42,082 nucleotides of DNA from Eubacteriales bacterium (GTDB lineage: Bacteria; Bacillota; Clostridia; Oscillospirales; CAG-272), in the NCBI GenBank assembly GCA_045580585.1, contig JAZNOD010000135.1, positions 1 through 42,082 of the forward strand, read 5' to 3'. A model generated the notes under the pieces. It ran no database searches and was not told the DNA's origin. It saw only the letters and a program-made list of their open reading frames with translations. Of this stretch, positions 19,570 to 28,820 are shown piece by piece. A program made the translations under genes and the position numbers. Numbering within the stretch: the stretch's first letter is position 1; the number at the start of each line of letters is the position of its first letter.

Positions 19570-20812
19570 ATTTCCCATTATCTAAATCTGCCTTTGCCTT
19601 ATGCTTCTGCCCAACATCTGAAACCGTGCTGCCGCGCTTTATCGTGGCACTTCCAAACTGTTTGCGAACACAGTCAAGAGCAAGATCAAGCTTTTTGTCA
19701 CGCTCAAGCTGTCGCTCGCGCTCTTCATCCGGAAACAGTGTTAACTGACACGCATCACCGCGGTCAATGTCTGTCACAGATAAACCGAGAAGCCGCAATG
19801 GCGTGTACCCGTTCCACAGTTCCCTCAAAAGCGACTGTGCCTCGCGGTATATTTCCCCGGTAATATTTGTGGACTCCGAAAGATTCTTCTGATGCGAACG
19901 GTTTACAAACTCGCTCGTTCGGGTTGACACGGATATACAGTATCCGCGCACTCCGTCACGGCGCAGACGCGAGGCAACGCTGTCAGCCAGCGCGAGTATT
20001 ACAGCATCGGCACTCTCATAATCAGTCAAATCGGTTGCAAGCGTGGTAGAATTGCTGTATCCCTTGGCATCATCCGGCACTGCTTTAATCTCGGAGTTAT
20101 CAATACCGTTAGCACAGAGATGCAGATACTGCGCCGCCTTTTTGCCAAGGAACGCCTCAAGTGCAGCTATGTCACATTCTGCCGCATCGCCTATTGTATA
20201 AACCCCGTGCCGCTCTAATTTTTCCGCAGTAGCCGCACCAACTCCGAAAAGCTCCCCCACGGGAAGATGCCACAGCTTATCTTTAATCTCACGCATAAAC
20301 AGTGTGTGAACCTTATCGGGCTTCTCAAAATCGCTCGCCATTTTCGCGCACAGCTTATTTTCGCCGATACCGATGTTGACCGTGAAGCCGAGTGTGTCGC
20401 GGATCTCATCCTTTATTTTATACGCTATCTCGATCGGGTTGGGATATACCGTTTCGGTGTCACTCATGTCAAGGAAGCATTCGTCAATCGAATACTGCTC
20501 TACCACCGGCGCGTATTTCTCACATACCGCCATAAACGCTCTCGATGAGTGCTGATACAGCTTGAAATTCGGTGAGGCTATAATTAAATTCGGACATTTC
20601 CGTAGTGCCATGGCAATGGGCTCTCCGGTTTTCACACCGAACTTTTTTGCAGGCAGTGACTTCGCGAGTATAACACCGCGACGGCTCTCCCTGTCACCAC
20701 CGATAGCCGACGGAACAAGGCGAAGGTCGTCAAGACCTTCGCCAACGCGCTTCACCGCTTCCCACGAAAGAAACGCGCTATTTACATCCACGTGAAAGAT
20801 AAGCCGTGCCAC
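19568..20812 (-). CDS. dinB: DNA polymerase IV (Y-family translesion polymerase)
   Basis: 414 aa. N-terminus IFHVDVNSAFLSWE plus the SIDECFLD motif. GTG start with a GGGAGG RBS. Confidence 0.93.
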   Translation of the reverse strand: MARLIFHVDVNSAFLSWEAVKRVGEGLDDLRLVPSAIGGDRESRRGVILAKSLPAKKFGVKTGEPIAMALRKCPNLIIASPNFKLYQHSSRAFMAVCEKYAPVVEQYSIDECFLDMSDTETVYPNPIEIAYKIKDEIRDTLGFTVNIGIGENKLCAKMASDFEKPDKVHTLFMREIKDKLWHLPVGELFGVGAATAEKLERHGVYTIGDAAECDIAALEAFLGKKAAQYLHLCANGIDNSEIKAVPDDAKGYSNSTTLATDLTDYESADAVILALADSVASRLRRDGVRGYCISVSTRTSEFVNRSHQKNLSESTNITGEIYREAQSLLRELWNGYTPLRLLGLSVTDIDRGDACQLTLFPDEERERQLERDKKLDLALDCVRKQFGSATIKRGSTVSDVGQKHKAKADLDNGK

Positions 20813-20824
20813 AGTGTTGCCTCC

Positions 20825-20838
20825 CGAACATTTGTTTG
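20825..20838. promoter_or_regulatory. LexA (Cheo-type SOS) box upstream of dinB
   Basis: CGAACATTTGTTTG compared with the Firmicutes consensus CGAAC-N4-GTTCG (one mismatch). It lies between the -10 element and the RBS of dinB. Confidence 0.6.
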
Positions 20839-20843
20839 GTTAT

Positions 20844-20872
20844 ATTATATCACACCCCACGCAAAAAATCAA
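20844..20872 (-). promoter_or_regulatory. putative dinB promoter
   Basis: Minus strand TTGATT (20872-20867), 17-nt spacer, TATAAT (20849-20844) preceded by TGTGA. Confidence 0.5.
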
Positions 20873-20930
20873 GAGGAAATTTAAAATATTTTAAGGGTAA
20901 AAATTTATAATAATACGTAAAAACTCTGCA

Positions 20931-20959
20931 TTGACAAATAACAGCGTTGATGCTATAAT
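20931..20959 (+). promoter_or_regulatory. consensus sigma-A promoter of the GpsA-like gene
   Basis: TTGACA (20931-20936), 17-nt spacer, TATAAT (20954-20959). Confidence 0.7.
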
Positions 20960-20996
20960 TATTTAAGGAAAAATATTCAAAATTAAGGAGATTTCA

Positions 20997-22046
20997 ATGG
21001 CTGTTGTAACAATAATCGGTGCCGGAATGATGGGCTCTGCGCTCGCTTTCCCTGCACGCGAAAACGGTAACGAGGTGCGTCTTGTCGGCACACCGCTTGA
21101 CCGAGAGATAATAGATAACTGCATAAAGGAAAACAGGCACCCCAAATTCACCAAGGCTTTCCCCGAGGGAATAAAGTATTATCAAATAGAAGACATGGAG
21201 TCTGCCATTGACGGTGCCGATATGATAATCGGCGGCGTATCAAGTTTCGGTGTCGACTGGTTTGGAGAGTATGTTCTCCCGAAAATCCCCGAAAGCACAC
21301 CTATAATCACCGTAACCAAGGGACTTTACGATCTGCCTGACGGAACGCTTCTCTGCTATCCCGAAGTCTGGAGTGAACGCCTTTCTAAAATGGGACTTCG
21401 CCGCAACTTAAACGCAATCGGCGGCCCCTGCACAAGCTATGAGCTTGTGGCACACGATCACACAGAGGTCACGTTCTGCGGCAGTGATATTAAAACGCTC
21501 GAATTTTTAAAGAGCGTTATGGCTACCGACTATTACCACATAAGCATCTCCACCGACGTTATCGGCATTGAGAGTGCCGTTGCACTAAAAAACGGTTACG
21601 CTCTTGCTGTTGCGCTAACGATTGGTCTTAATCAGCGCGAATTCGGCGTGGAGAGTGAGCTGCATTTTAATTCGCAGGCTGCGGTATTCTATCAGAGCGC
21701 GAGAGAAATGGCAGAGCTTCTTAAAATCCGCGGCGATGGCAACACCGAAGCGCTCGCTGTCGGACTCGGTGACCTTTACGTAACGGTTTACGGCGGCAGA
21801 ACACGTCTTGTCGGCATCCTGCTCGGACGCGGTCTTACCATCGACGAAGCAAAGGCAGAGCTTAACGGAGTAACGCTTGAGTCGCTCGTTGTAGCCGAGC
21901 GTGTGGCACGCGCGATACGGGCACTCGCAAAATCCGGAAAGCTTGACGCAGAGAAATTCCCTCTTCTTTTGCACGTCGACTCGCTCCTTACCGAGAAAAA
22001 GCCGGCAGATCTTCCATGGGAAGCGTTTGCATACAGAAAAGCTTAA
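20997..22046 (+). CDS. NAD(P)H-dependent glycerol-3-phosphate dehydrogenase family protein (GpsA-like)
   Basis: 349 aa. N-terminal Rossmann motif VTIIGAGMMGSALA, a TKGL motif, and GpsA-like C-terminal domain features. Confidence 0.65.
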   Translation: MAVVTIIGAGMMGSALAFPARENGNEVRLVGTPLDREIIDNCIKENRHPKFTKAFPEGIKYYQIEDMESAIDGADMIIGGVSSFGVDWFGEYVLPKIPESTPIITVTKGLYDLPDGTLLCYPEVWSERLSKMGLRRNLNAIGGPCTSYELVAHDHTEVTFCGSDIKTLEFLKSVMATDYYHISISTDVIGIESAVALKNGYALAVALTIGLNQREFGVESELHFNSQAAVFYQSAREMAELLKIRGDGNTEALAVGLGDLYVTVYGGRTRLVGILLGRGLTIDEAKAELNGVTLESLVVAERVARAIRALAKSGKLDAEKFPLLLHVDSLLTEKKPADLPWEAFAYRKA

Positions 22047-22052
22047 ATAGAT

Positions 22053-22090
22053 AACGCCTTTGCGAAGTGTCGCAAAGGCGTTGTTTTTTT
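22053..22090. terminator. bidirectional terminator (GpsA-like gene / cyclophilin gene)
   Basis: 12-bp stem aacgcctttgcg / cgcaaaggcgtt followed by a T7 run. Confidence 0.8.
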
Positions 22091-22664
22091 ACTTATCTCT
22101 TATAGTAATACTTTCGATTATCGGCTGTTCGCTCGGAAGAATTGTGCCGTTGCCGTCAATGGGGGACGCATCATAGCAGATCGCATCAACTATCTCCATT
22201 CCCTCGATAACACGTCCGAATGCCGCGTAAAGTCCGTCAAGGCTGCTTTGGGCATCCTGATGAACGATAAAGAACTGCGAGCTTGCGCTGTTCATATCCT
22301 CTCCGCGTGCCATGGAAATGACACCGCGTGTATGCGAGATAGGATTGTTGTATCCGTTTGCGGCAAACTCACCCTTTATCTTTTTACCAGAGCCGCCATA
22401 ACCGTTTCCCTCCGGGTCGCCGCCCTGAATTACAAAGCCCGCGTAAATACGGTGGAATGTGAGTCCGTCGTAAAATCCTTCACGTGCGAGCTTTATGAAA
22501 TTTTTGGCGGTTATCGGTGCCGCATCTGAGTCGATCTCAACCGTGATAGTGCCGTAATCGCGGATGACTATGTCGGCGTAGTATTTGCCGCTCACGTTTT
22601 CTGAGGCGCACGAGGTACAGATTATCATAACTAAAATCAAAAGTATCGGCAAAAGCTTTTTCAT
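22089..22664 (-). CDS. Cyclophilin-type peptidyl-prolyl cis-trans isomerase, probable lipoprotein
   Basis: 191 aa. Signal/lipobox-like MKKLLPILLILVMIICTSCAS. Cyclophilin motifs FHRIYAGFVIQGGDP and SQFFIV. Confidence 0.9.
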   Translation of the reverse strand: MKKLLPILLILVMIICTSCASENVSGKYYADIVIRDYGTITVEIDSDAAPITAKNFIKLAREGFYDGLTFHRIYAGFVIQGGDPEGNGYGGSGKKIKGEFAANGYNNPISHTRGVISMARGEDMNSASSQFFIVHQDAQSSLDGLYAAFGRVIEGMEIVDAICYDASPIDGNGTILPSEQPIIESITIRDK

Positions 22665-22760
22665 ACTGTTCTCCTTTATTTTATAATATTATGAGTATAG
22701 CACACTTTTTCAATTTTTTCAAGAGGAAAGTGTATAGTAGCCTATTTTTACATATTCATG

Positions 22761-22789
22761 TTGACAATCTTATGAATTTTTGATATAAT
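22761..22789 (+). promoter_or_regulatory. consensus sigma-A promoter of the acyltransferase/transporter pair
   Basis: TTGACA (22761-22766), 17-nt spacer, TATAAT (22784-22789). Confidence 0.7.
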
Positions 22790-22813
22790 ATTTATGAATA
22801 TTTTGTCAAGGAA

Positions 22814-23965
22814 ATGCTTATGAATATAAAACATTCGATAATCTGGAGAACGCTTCGTCCTCTCGTTGATATCTTTCTGAAGATCAAATTCGGGTACACC
22901 TCGAAAAAGCTGAAAAGATCCGAGCTTCCCGAAAATTATCTCGTACTCTCAAACCATGCAACAGACTTTGACCCACTTTTCGTGGGTGTCAGCTTTAAGC
23001 GTCCCATGCACTTTGTGGCAAGCGAGCATATATCCCGCTGGAAGATTGCATATCCACTACTTAAATTCGCGTTTGAGCCCATAATCCGCAAAAAAGGCAT
23101 GAGTGCCGCACACGCGATAATCGATATTTTGCGAAAACTCAAGCACGGGCACAATGTTTGCATGTTCGCCGAAGGCGTTCGCACATGGAACGGAGTTACA
23201 TCTCCTATAGCACCCACAACCGGTCAGCTTGTAAAGAAGGCAGGATGCGGACTTGTTACATATAAGCTCGTCGGCGGTTATTTTCTCTCTCCCGGCTGGG
23301 CGAAAAAACTGCGCCGCGGTTACTCTCACGGTGAGGCTGTCAATATATATACCAAAGAACAGCTTGATGTCATGAGCGTGGATGAAATAAACGAAGCAAT
23401 TTGCCGCGACCTTTATGAAGACGCTTACGCACGCCAGCTTGAGTCCCCAAGGGTATACAAGGGCAAGCGACTTGCCGAGGGAATTGAAAATCTTCTCTTC
23501 ATCTGCCCCGAATGTAATGCACACGAGAGCATCACATCAAGTGGCAACACTGCACACTGTAAAAGCTGCGGCATGACGCTCGAGTTTGACAAATACGGGA
23601 TGGTTTCCGGCACACAGTATAACACCGTGCGCGAGCTTTACAGTTGGCAAAAGCAAGCCGTCGAAGAACTCGCGAAAAAGGGTGAGAGCTTTGAAATGAG
23701 CGATGCTGTTTTGACCTTGATCGAAAACGAGGCGCAAATAGTTGAAAGCGGCAAGGCAGCCTTCGGCAAGGAAGGCTTCACCATGGGCAACACACACATT
23801 CCCCTTTGTGAGCTTGACGCCATGGCATTTCACGGTAAGCGCAAGGTTGTGTTCTCTTCCGGCAAGAAGTATTATGAGCTTGCACCGGCTGATAACATAA
23901 ACGCAGTTAAATTTGTATGGCTTTACGATTCAATTAAAAGCTTACAGAAAAGCGAAATAAATTAA
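22814..23965 (+). CDS. Lysophospholipid (1-acyl-sn-glycerol-3-phosphate) acyltransferase family protein with a C-terminal Cys4 ribbon
   Basis: HX4D motif NHATDFD and the FAEGVRT motif. CPEC...CKSC zinc-ribbon-like segment. The start may be the second ATG at 22820. Confidence 0.75.
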   Translation: MLMNIKHSIIWRTLRPLVDIFLKIKFGYTSKKLKRSELPENYLVLSNHATDFDPLFVGVSFKRPMHFVASEHISRWKIAYPLLKFAFEPIIRKKGMSAAHAIIDILRKLKHGHNVCMFAEGVRTWNGVTSPIAPTTGQLVKKAGCGLVTYKLVGGYFLSPGWAKKLRRGYSHGEAVNIYTKEQLDVMSVDEINEAICRDLYEDAYARQLESPRVYKGKRLAEGIENLLFICPECNAHESITSSGNTAHCKSCGMTLEFDKYGMVSGTQYNTVRELYSWQKQAVEELAKKGESFEMSDAVLTLIENEAQIVESGKAAFGKEGFTMGNTHIPLCELDAMAFHGKRKVVFSSGKKYYELAPADNINAVKFVWLYDSIKSLQKSEIN

Positions 23966-23988
23966 CTACACGAAAGGCGGTAATTATA

Positions 23989-25359
23989 ATGGATTTTTCA
24001 GCTGCCAACACAGAGCTGTGGGCACCGGTCATACAAATCGGTATCATGGCGGCACTCATTTTTCTGTCCAATGTACTTCTCAGAAAAATACCATTTATCA
24101 AAAAAAGCCTTATGCCCATATCAGTTTTGGCGGGCTTTATACTCCTGCTTCTCCGCACGACCGGAATTCTCGATATTGACGCAGTATTTTTGGAAAAGCT
24201 TACATATCACGCACTTGCTCTCGGCTTTATAGCCATGGCTCTGCGTATCCCCGAAAAAAATTCCGGGACAACAGCTCTTACCGGCGCACGAAGCGGTGCC
24301 CTTATCGTCAGCACATATCTGGTGCAGGCAATAATCGGTCTTAGCATATCCTTAGTGCTCGCGTTCACTGTTATGCCCGATCTTTTCAAGGCAAGCGGCA
24401 TACTTCTGCCAATGGCATACGGTCAGGGTCCCGGTCAGGCAAACAATGTCGGTACGACCTATGAGGCACTCGGAATGGCAGGCGGCAGAACCTTCGGTCT
24501 GTCACTTGCGGCATCGGGATATCTCTGCGCGTGCGTTGTTGGTGTTATATTTCTTAATATATACAATAAGCGCGGCAGTATCCGCCGTGTCTCTGAAAAA
24601 TCAGAGCTGTCAGGCTCGGTAACGCTCGATACCTTTCAGCATCAGGGCGAAATTCCAATATCAGAATCAGTTGACAAGCTCTCGGTTCAGTTTGCACTCG
24701 TTGCTATAGTTTATCTTGTAACCTACCTCATCATATGGGGAATTACTTCCCTGCTCGCTTTGATAGCTCCCGGCTTGGCGGCTACTGTATCAACACTTTT
24801 GTGGGGCTTTAACTTCATTATCGGTTCAGTTGTAGCAATGGGCTGTCGCGCCCTCTTTACAGGGCTGAGATCCGCAAAGCTGATGAACCGTCAGTATCGG
24901 AATAACTACCTGCTCTCCCGTATATCCGGTCTTGCCTTTGACCTTATGATAATCGCAGGCATCGCCGGAATAAATATTGATGACCTCTCGGCAATGTGGA
25001 TTCCCTTCATACTAATGGCTGTTGCCGGTGGAGTTATTACGTTTATTTATCTCAAATATATGTGCAAAAAGCTCTACCCCGGATATGAAAACGAAGGCTT
25101 CTTCTCAATGTACGGCATGCTCACGGGAACTATCAGCTCCGGCGTGCTCCTGCTTCGCGAGATCGATCCCGAGTTTGAAACTCCCGCAGCAAACAATCTT
25201 ATCACGGGAAGCTCATTCGGCATTGTCTTTGGAGCACCTGTATTGCTTCTCGTAAGCCTCGCGGCAAAGAGTACACTCATGTGTATTTTAACGGTTGTTA
25301 TCGCGGCAGTATATCTTATCGCGCTGCTGATTTTCATGTTACTGCGAAGAAAAAAATAA
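23989..25359 (+). CDS. Polytopic membrane transporter, sodium/glutamate symporter (GltS)-like
   Basis: 456 aa with more than 10 TM helices. By eye it resembles the GltS family. It starts 23 nt after the acyltransferase gene. Confidence 0.55.
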   Translation: MDFSAANTELWAPVIQIGIMAALIFLSNVLLRKIPFIKKSLMPISVLAGFILLLLRTTGILDIDAVFLEKLTYHALALGFIAMALRIPEKNSGTTALTGARSGALIVSTYLVQAIIGLSISLVLAFTVMPDLFKASGILLPMAYGQGPGQANNVGTTYEALGMAGGRTFGLSLAASGYLCACVVGVIFLNIYNKRGSIRRVSEKSELSGSVTLDTFQHQGEIPISESVDKLSVQFALVAIVYLVTYLIIWGITSLLALIAPGLAATVSTLLWGFNFIIGSVVAMGCRALFTGLRSAKLMNRQYRNNYLLSRISGLAFDLMIIAGIAGINIDDLSAMWIPFILMAVAGGVITFIYLKYMCKKLYPGYENEGFFSMYGMLTGTISSGVLLLREIDPEFETPAANNLITGSSFGIVFGAPVLLLVSLAAKSTLMCILTVVIAAVYLIALLIFMLLRRKK

Positions 25360-25483
25360 ATTTCACGAAATAGTGTGAGGTCATTTGTAAATGTCATGAA
25401 GACTACCGCCTCGACAAGTGCAGATTTTCCTTGATCAGATGTGGAAGGCTGACATTCGTCCGTAGTAGCCTTCAGAATAAACA

Positions 25484-25639
25484 ATGCTCACTGCAGATAT
25501 GTTGACACTTCATACTGACATTATCACCTCGTATGCAAGATGGATGCCGACGGCATATTTCTCTGTGTCGCTTATTGAGCTTAAATTTACCAAAAAAGGC
25601 AAGGTTACCTACATAAAGATCGTCGTTGACACAAAATAA
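25484..25639 (+). pseudogene. C-terminal relic (51 codons) of a further member of the MENKKWYE paralog family
   Basis: The translation ends ...SLIELKFTKKGKVTYIKIVVDTK*, which parallels the paralog C-termini (LNLKFNGSGTVYFIDVVVDAK*). There is no RBS. The same terminator type follows. Confidence 0.5.
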
Positions 25640-25643
25640 ATTG

Positions 25644-25680
25644 AATGCTCTGCCGTAGCACTTCGGCAGAGCATTTTTTC
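25644..25680 (+). terminator. rho-independent terminator
   Basis: Stem aatgctctgccg / cggcagagcatt followed by TTTTT. The stem core gctctgccg/cggcagagc recurs at 28688-28713. Confidence 0.8.
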
Positions 25681-25700
25681 TTCAAATTTCACAAAAAGCC

Positions 25701-25729
25701 TTGACTTTATTTTACCGATATGCTATAAA
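25701..25729 (+). promoter_or_regulatory. promoter of paralogs 1-2
   Basis: TTGACT (25701-25706), 17-nt spacer, TATAAA (25724-25729). Confidence 0.6.
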
Positions 25730-25764
25730 TATTATAGTATAATTGTGTACGGAGGTCCCTCTAT

Positions 25765-27216
25765 ATGGAAAACCAAAAATGGTATGAGAATATGTATTAT
25801 CTCAACCGCGACCCCGACTGGGACTGCGATTGGATATGGACACAGGAAGGGATGGACGATTCCACTCCCGAGTCCTGCATAAAAGGTATTGAAAAAATCT
25901 TTGGTGAATATCAAAATCCCATCACCGATGCCGGACTTTGCCTATTCTGTCAGGTTGCGCTTCTGCCCTCAAAAGCATACACATGGGGCGGTGAACGCTG
26001 GCCGGAATATTACAACAGAATGCCGGATGCAGCAAAAAGATGGAAGCGCCCGTACAAAATGTTTGCAGAATACAAAATCGACCCGGTTCAGATTTTTATT
26101 GACACCGTAAGAAAAAACAACATCCGTCCGTGGGCATCGTTCAGAATTAACGATATTCATCCGCCGTCAATCCCCACACGCATGTATGTTGAGTGCGCGG
26201 AATCAGATCAGATGGTGGGAAGCCACAACTTCTACAGCTTCCGCCGCAACTGCTTCGATTTTGCCTATCCCAAATACAGAAATGCACTTCGAGATTTAAT
26301 CAAGGAAGTGTTTGACAAGTACGATTTCTTCGGTATTGAGCTTGACTTCATGCGCGAGCCGTATTGCCTTGACTACAAGGGTAATCCCGAATGTCATAAG
26401 ATAATGACCGAATATATCAGAGAGATAAAGGGCATCATGCGCGAGGCTGAAAAACGTCTTGGACATGACATAAAGATATTTATAAGAGTTCCTTCCACCC
26501 CGTCCACATGTATGGAGTTCGGCTTCGATGTGAAAACAATGGTAGACGAAGGTCTTGTTGACGTTGTAGCTCCTGCTCCGCATCAGGTATGCACCGACAG
26601 CGGTATTTCCGTAAAGGAATGGAAAGAATGGGTTGGCAACAAGGTTCCGATAGTTCCCGGAATCGAATCTTCCAATCTCAAATGCACCTCCAACACCACT
26701 GTACCCCTCACAAAAGGATATCTCGCCTCTTTCTTCGGTCAGGGGGCTGAGGGCGCACATCTTTACAACTATTTCATGAGCCCTTTTCATGTGGATACAT
26801 GGAAGATTACAAGAGAAGACGTGCTTCGCGGCACTCGCCAGTTTATCGTAACATACCAGGACTGCTTCGCATATGAGGAAAACCAGTATAAGCCGCTTCC
26901 GATGCGAGTTGACTGCAAAGCAACACTTCCGCTCGAGGTAGGTCGTATAAAGTCCACCGATAAGGTAAGCGTTATTATTGACTATGAGGGCGATACAGCA
27001 CCCACTCTTTCTGTAGCTGGCAAAGAAAATGTCACCGCTGTTCAGATCGAGCCTATCATCCGTCCCGGTCAGGGTCCGGACGGCATGGCGAACCTCACCG
27101 AACACACACCGCTCTCTTTTGACATCAGCGGCATCGAAACTCCGTCGCATCTCGACCCTACATTCAACGGAAAAGGTACAGTACACTATGTAGAGCTCGA
27201 GATCGATGCAAAATAA
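25765..27216 (+). CDS. Paralog 1 of an unassigned ~480-aa cytoplasmic protein family (predicted TIM-barrel glycosidase-like domain plus C-terminal beta domain)
   Basis: 483 aa with a GGAGG RBS. N-terminus MENQKWYENMYYLNRDPDWD. Motifs RINDIH, ELDFMREPYCLDY, IRVP, VPGIE, GQGAEGAHLYNYF. C-terminus GTVHYVELEIDAK. No signal peptide or TM helix. Confidence 0.85.
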   Translation: MENQKWYENMYYLNRDPDWDCDWIWTQEGMDDSTPESCIKGIEKIFGEYQNPITDAGLCLFCQVALLPSKAYTWGGERWPEYYNRMPDAAKRWKRPYKMFAEYKIDPVQIFIDTVRKNNIRPWASFRINDIHPPSIPTRMYVECAESDQMVGSHNFYSFRRNCFDFAYPKYRNALRDLIKEVFDKYDFFGIELDFMREPYCLDYKGNPECHKIMTEYIREIKGIMREAEKRLGHDIKIFIRVPSTPSTCMEFGFDVKTMVDEGLVDVVAPAPHQVCTDSGISVKEWKEWVGNKVPIVPGIESSNLKCTSNTTVPLTKGYLASFFGQGAEGAHLYNYFMSPFHVDTWKITREDVLRGTRQFIVTYQDCFAYEENQYKPLPMRVDCKATLPLEVGRIKSTDKVSVIIDYEGDTAPTLSVAGKENVTAVQIEPIIRPGQGPDGMANLTEHTPLSFDISGIETPSHLDPTFNGKGTVHYVELEIDAK

Positions 27217-27244
27217 ATGGTATATATTTTGGAGGTAAACACTT

Positions 27245-28681
27245 ATGGAAAACAAGAAATGGTATGAAAACATGTTCATGCTCAACCGCGACCCCGACTG
27301 GGACTCGAAATGGCTTTGGGAAAGCAAAGGAAGAGATGATTCCACCAAAGAAGCATGTGAAAAAGGTATAGAGGAGATCTTCGGCGGATATCGAAATCCA
27401 CTGACCGACGTAGGACTTTGCCTGTTCTGTCAGGTTGCACTGTTCCCCACCGACAAGCACCTTTGGGGCGGCAGAATGTTCCCTCTTTACAGATACAATG
27501 ACGGCGCAGGCTGGCGTTGGAAACGTCTTAATATGATCTATGAGGATTACAAGCTTGACCACGTTCAGATGTTCATAGACCAGACTAAAAAGCACAATAT
27601 AAGACCTTGGGCAACCTTCAGAATGAATGACTGCCATTCTTCGAACACTCCTACAGCACTCAAGGTAGAAGCAATAGAGGGCGGAATGGTTGTCGGAAAT
27701 GAATACGGCTATTACCGTCACTGCTTCGACTTCTCCTATCCGAACTACAGAAGCGCACTTCGCGACGTTATCAAGGATGCTGTTGACAGATACGATTGGT
27801 TTGGTGTTGAGCTTGACTTCACTCGTGAACCGTATTGCTTTGACTATAAAAATAACCCCGAATGTCATAAGATCATGACAGAGTATGTCCGCGAGATCAA
27901 GGAAATTGTTTCAAACGCGGAAAAGCGTGTCGGTCACAAGATACAGATACTTATCCGAGTTCCCGCCACTCCTTCCACCTGCCTTGAGTTCGGCTTCGAT
28001 ATCAAGACAATGGCAGAACAAGGACTCATTGACGCAGTAAATCCCGCTCCCAGATGGGCACACAGCGACAGCGGTATTCCGATAAAAGAATGGCATGAGC
28101 TGGTAAATTATAAAATTCCCGTACTCGCAGGCATCGAGCAGATGAATGTTGACTACACCGTTACCACGCTCGAAATGGTAAAGGGTTACGTAGCCGCGTT
28201 CTACGGTCAGGGCGCAGACGGTATTTCGCTCTACAACTACTTCAATTCCTATACTCCCCCGAGCCCTTGGGATATCTCAAAGGAGGTTGCACTTGAGGGT
28301 AAACGTCAGTTTGTCGTAACCGATCAGGACTGCTTCGCATATCCGGAAAACCGTTACAAGCCCCTTCCGCTTGAGATTAGCGGCAAGGTAGAGCTGCCCC
28401 TTGAGGTAGGTCTTATCAAAGCAAATGACAGCGCGTGTATCATCATCGACTTTGATGGAGATGTAATGCCTACTCTCACAGTTAACGGAAAAGAAATTGC
28501 AGCCGTTAAGTGCGAGCCGGTTGAGCGCAGAATTGCCGGTAAGCAGGAAAACCTCAATCTTACCCCGCATAATCCGCTCTCGTATGACATAAGCGGAATT
28601 GAAACGCCTTCCTCGCTTAATCTTACATTCAGCGGAAGTGGTACTGTACACTACGTTGAGGTTGTAATAGACGCAAAATGA
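27245..28681 (+). CDS. Paralog 2 of the same family
   Basis: 478 aa. It starts 28 nt after paralog 1 with a GGAGG RBS. By eye it is roughly 60 percent identical to paralog 3. It ends with a TGA stop. Confidence 0.85.
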   Translation: MENKKWYENMFMLNRDPDWDSKWLWESKGRDDSTKEACEKGIEEIFGGYRNPLTDVGLCLFCQVALFPTDKHLWGGRMFPLYRYNDGAGWRWKRLNMIYEDYKLDHVQMFIDQTKKHNIRPWATFRMNDCHSSNTPTALKVEAIEGGMVVGNEYGYYRHCFDFSYPNYRSALRDVIKDAVDRYDWFGVELDFTREPYCFDYKNNPECHKIMTEYVREIKEIVSNAEKRVGHKIQILIRVPATPSTCLEFGFDIKTMAEQGLIDAVNPAPRWAHSDSGIPIKEWHELVNYKIPVLAGIEQMNVDYTVTTLEMVKGYVAAFYGQGADGISLYNYFNSYTPPSPWDISKEVALEGKRQFVVTDQDCFAYPENRYKPLPLEISGKVELPLEVGLIKANDSACIIIDFDGDVMPTLTVNGKEIAAVKCEPVERRIAGKQENLNLTPHNPLSYDISGIETPSSLNLTFSGSGTVHYVEVVIDAK

Positions 28682-28687
28682 CACCAT

Positions 28688-28717
28688 GTGCTCTGCCGGT
28701 AACGGCAGAGCATTCTT
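28688..28717 (+). terminator. rho-independent terminator after paralog 2
   Basis: Stem gtgctctgccg-gtaa-cggcagagcat followed by TCTT. Confidence 0.65.
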
Positions 28718-28747
28718 GTAAAAACGCAAAAAATCTCATAATATATC

Positions 28748-28776
28748 TTGACTTCCTCTTTGCGATATGGTATAAA
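28748..28776 (+). promoter_or_regulatory. promoter of paralog 3
   Basis: TTGACT (28748-28753), 17-nt spacer, TATAAA (28771-28776). The surrounding sequence resembles 25701-25735. Confidence 0.6.
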
Positions 28777-28820
28777 TATTATGACATAACTGCATGTCAA
28801 TATTTTTGAGGTGACTACTA

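Noticed and set aside
26296-27348. Very long antisense ORFs across the paralog array (26296-27348, 27164-27868, 29562-30233, 32595-33278, 33831-34610), up to 350 aa.
   Set aside because: They lie opposite sense frames that carry clear inter-copy homology and RBSs. They have no RBS or promoter of their own, and they cross intergenic terminators. Their sequences are low-complexity and Cys/Phe/Val-rich. They are most simply explained by codon bias that depletes TTA/CTA/TCA in the sense frame.
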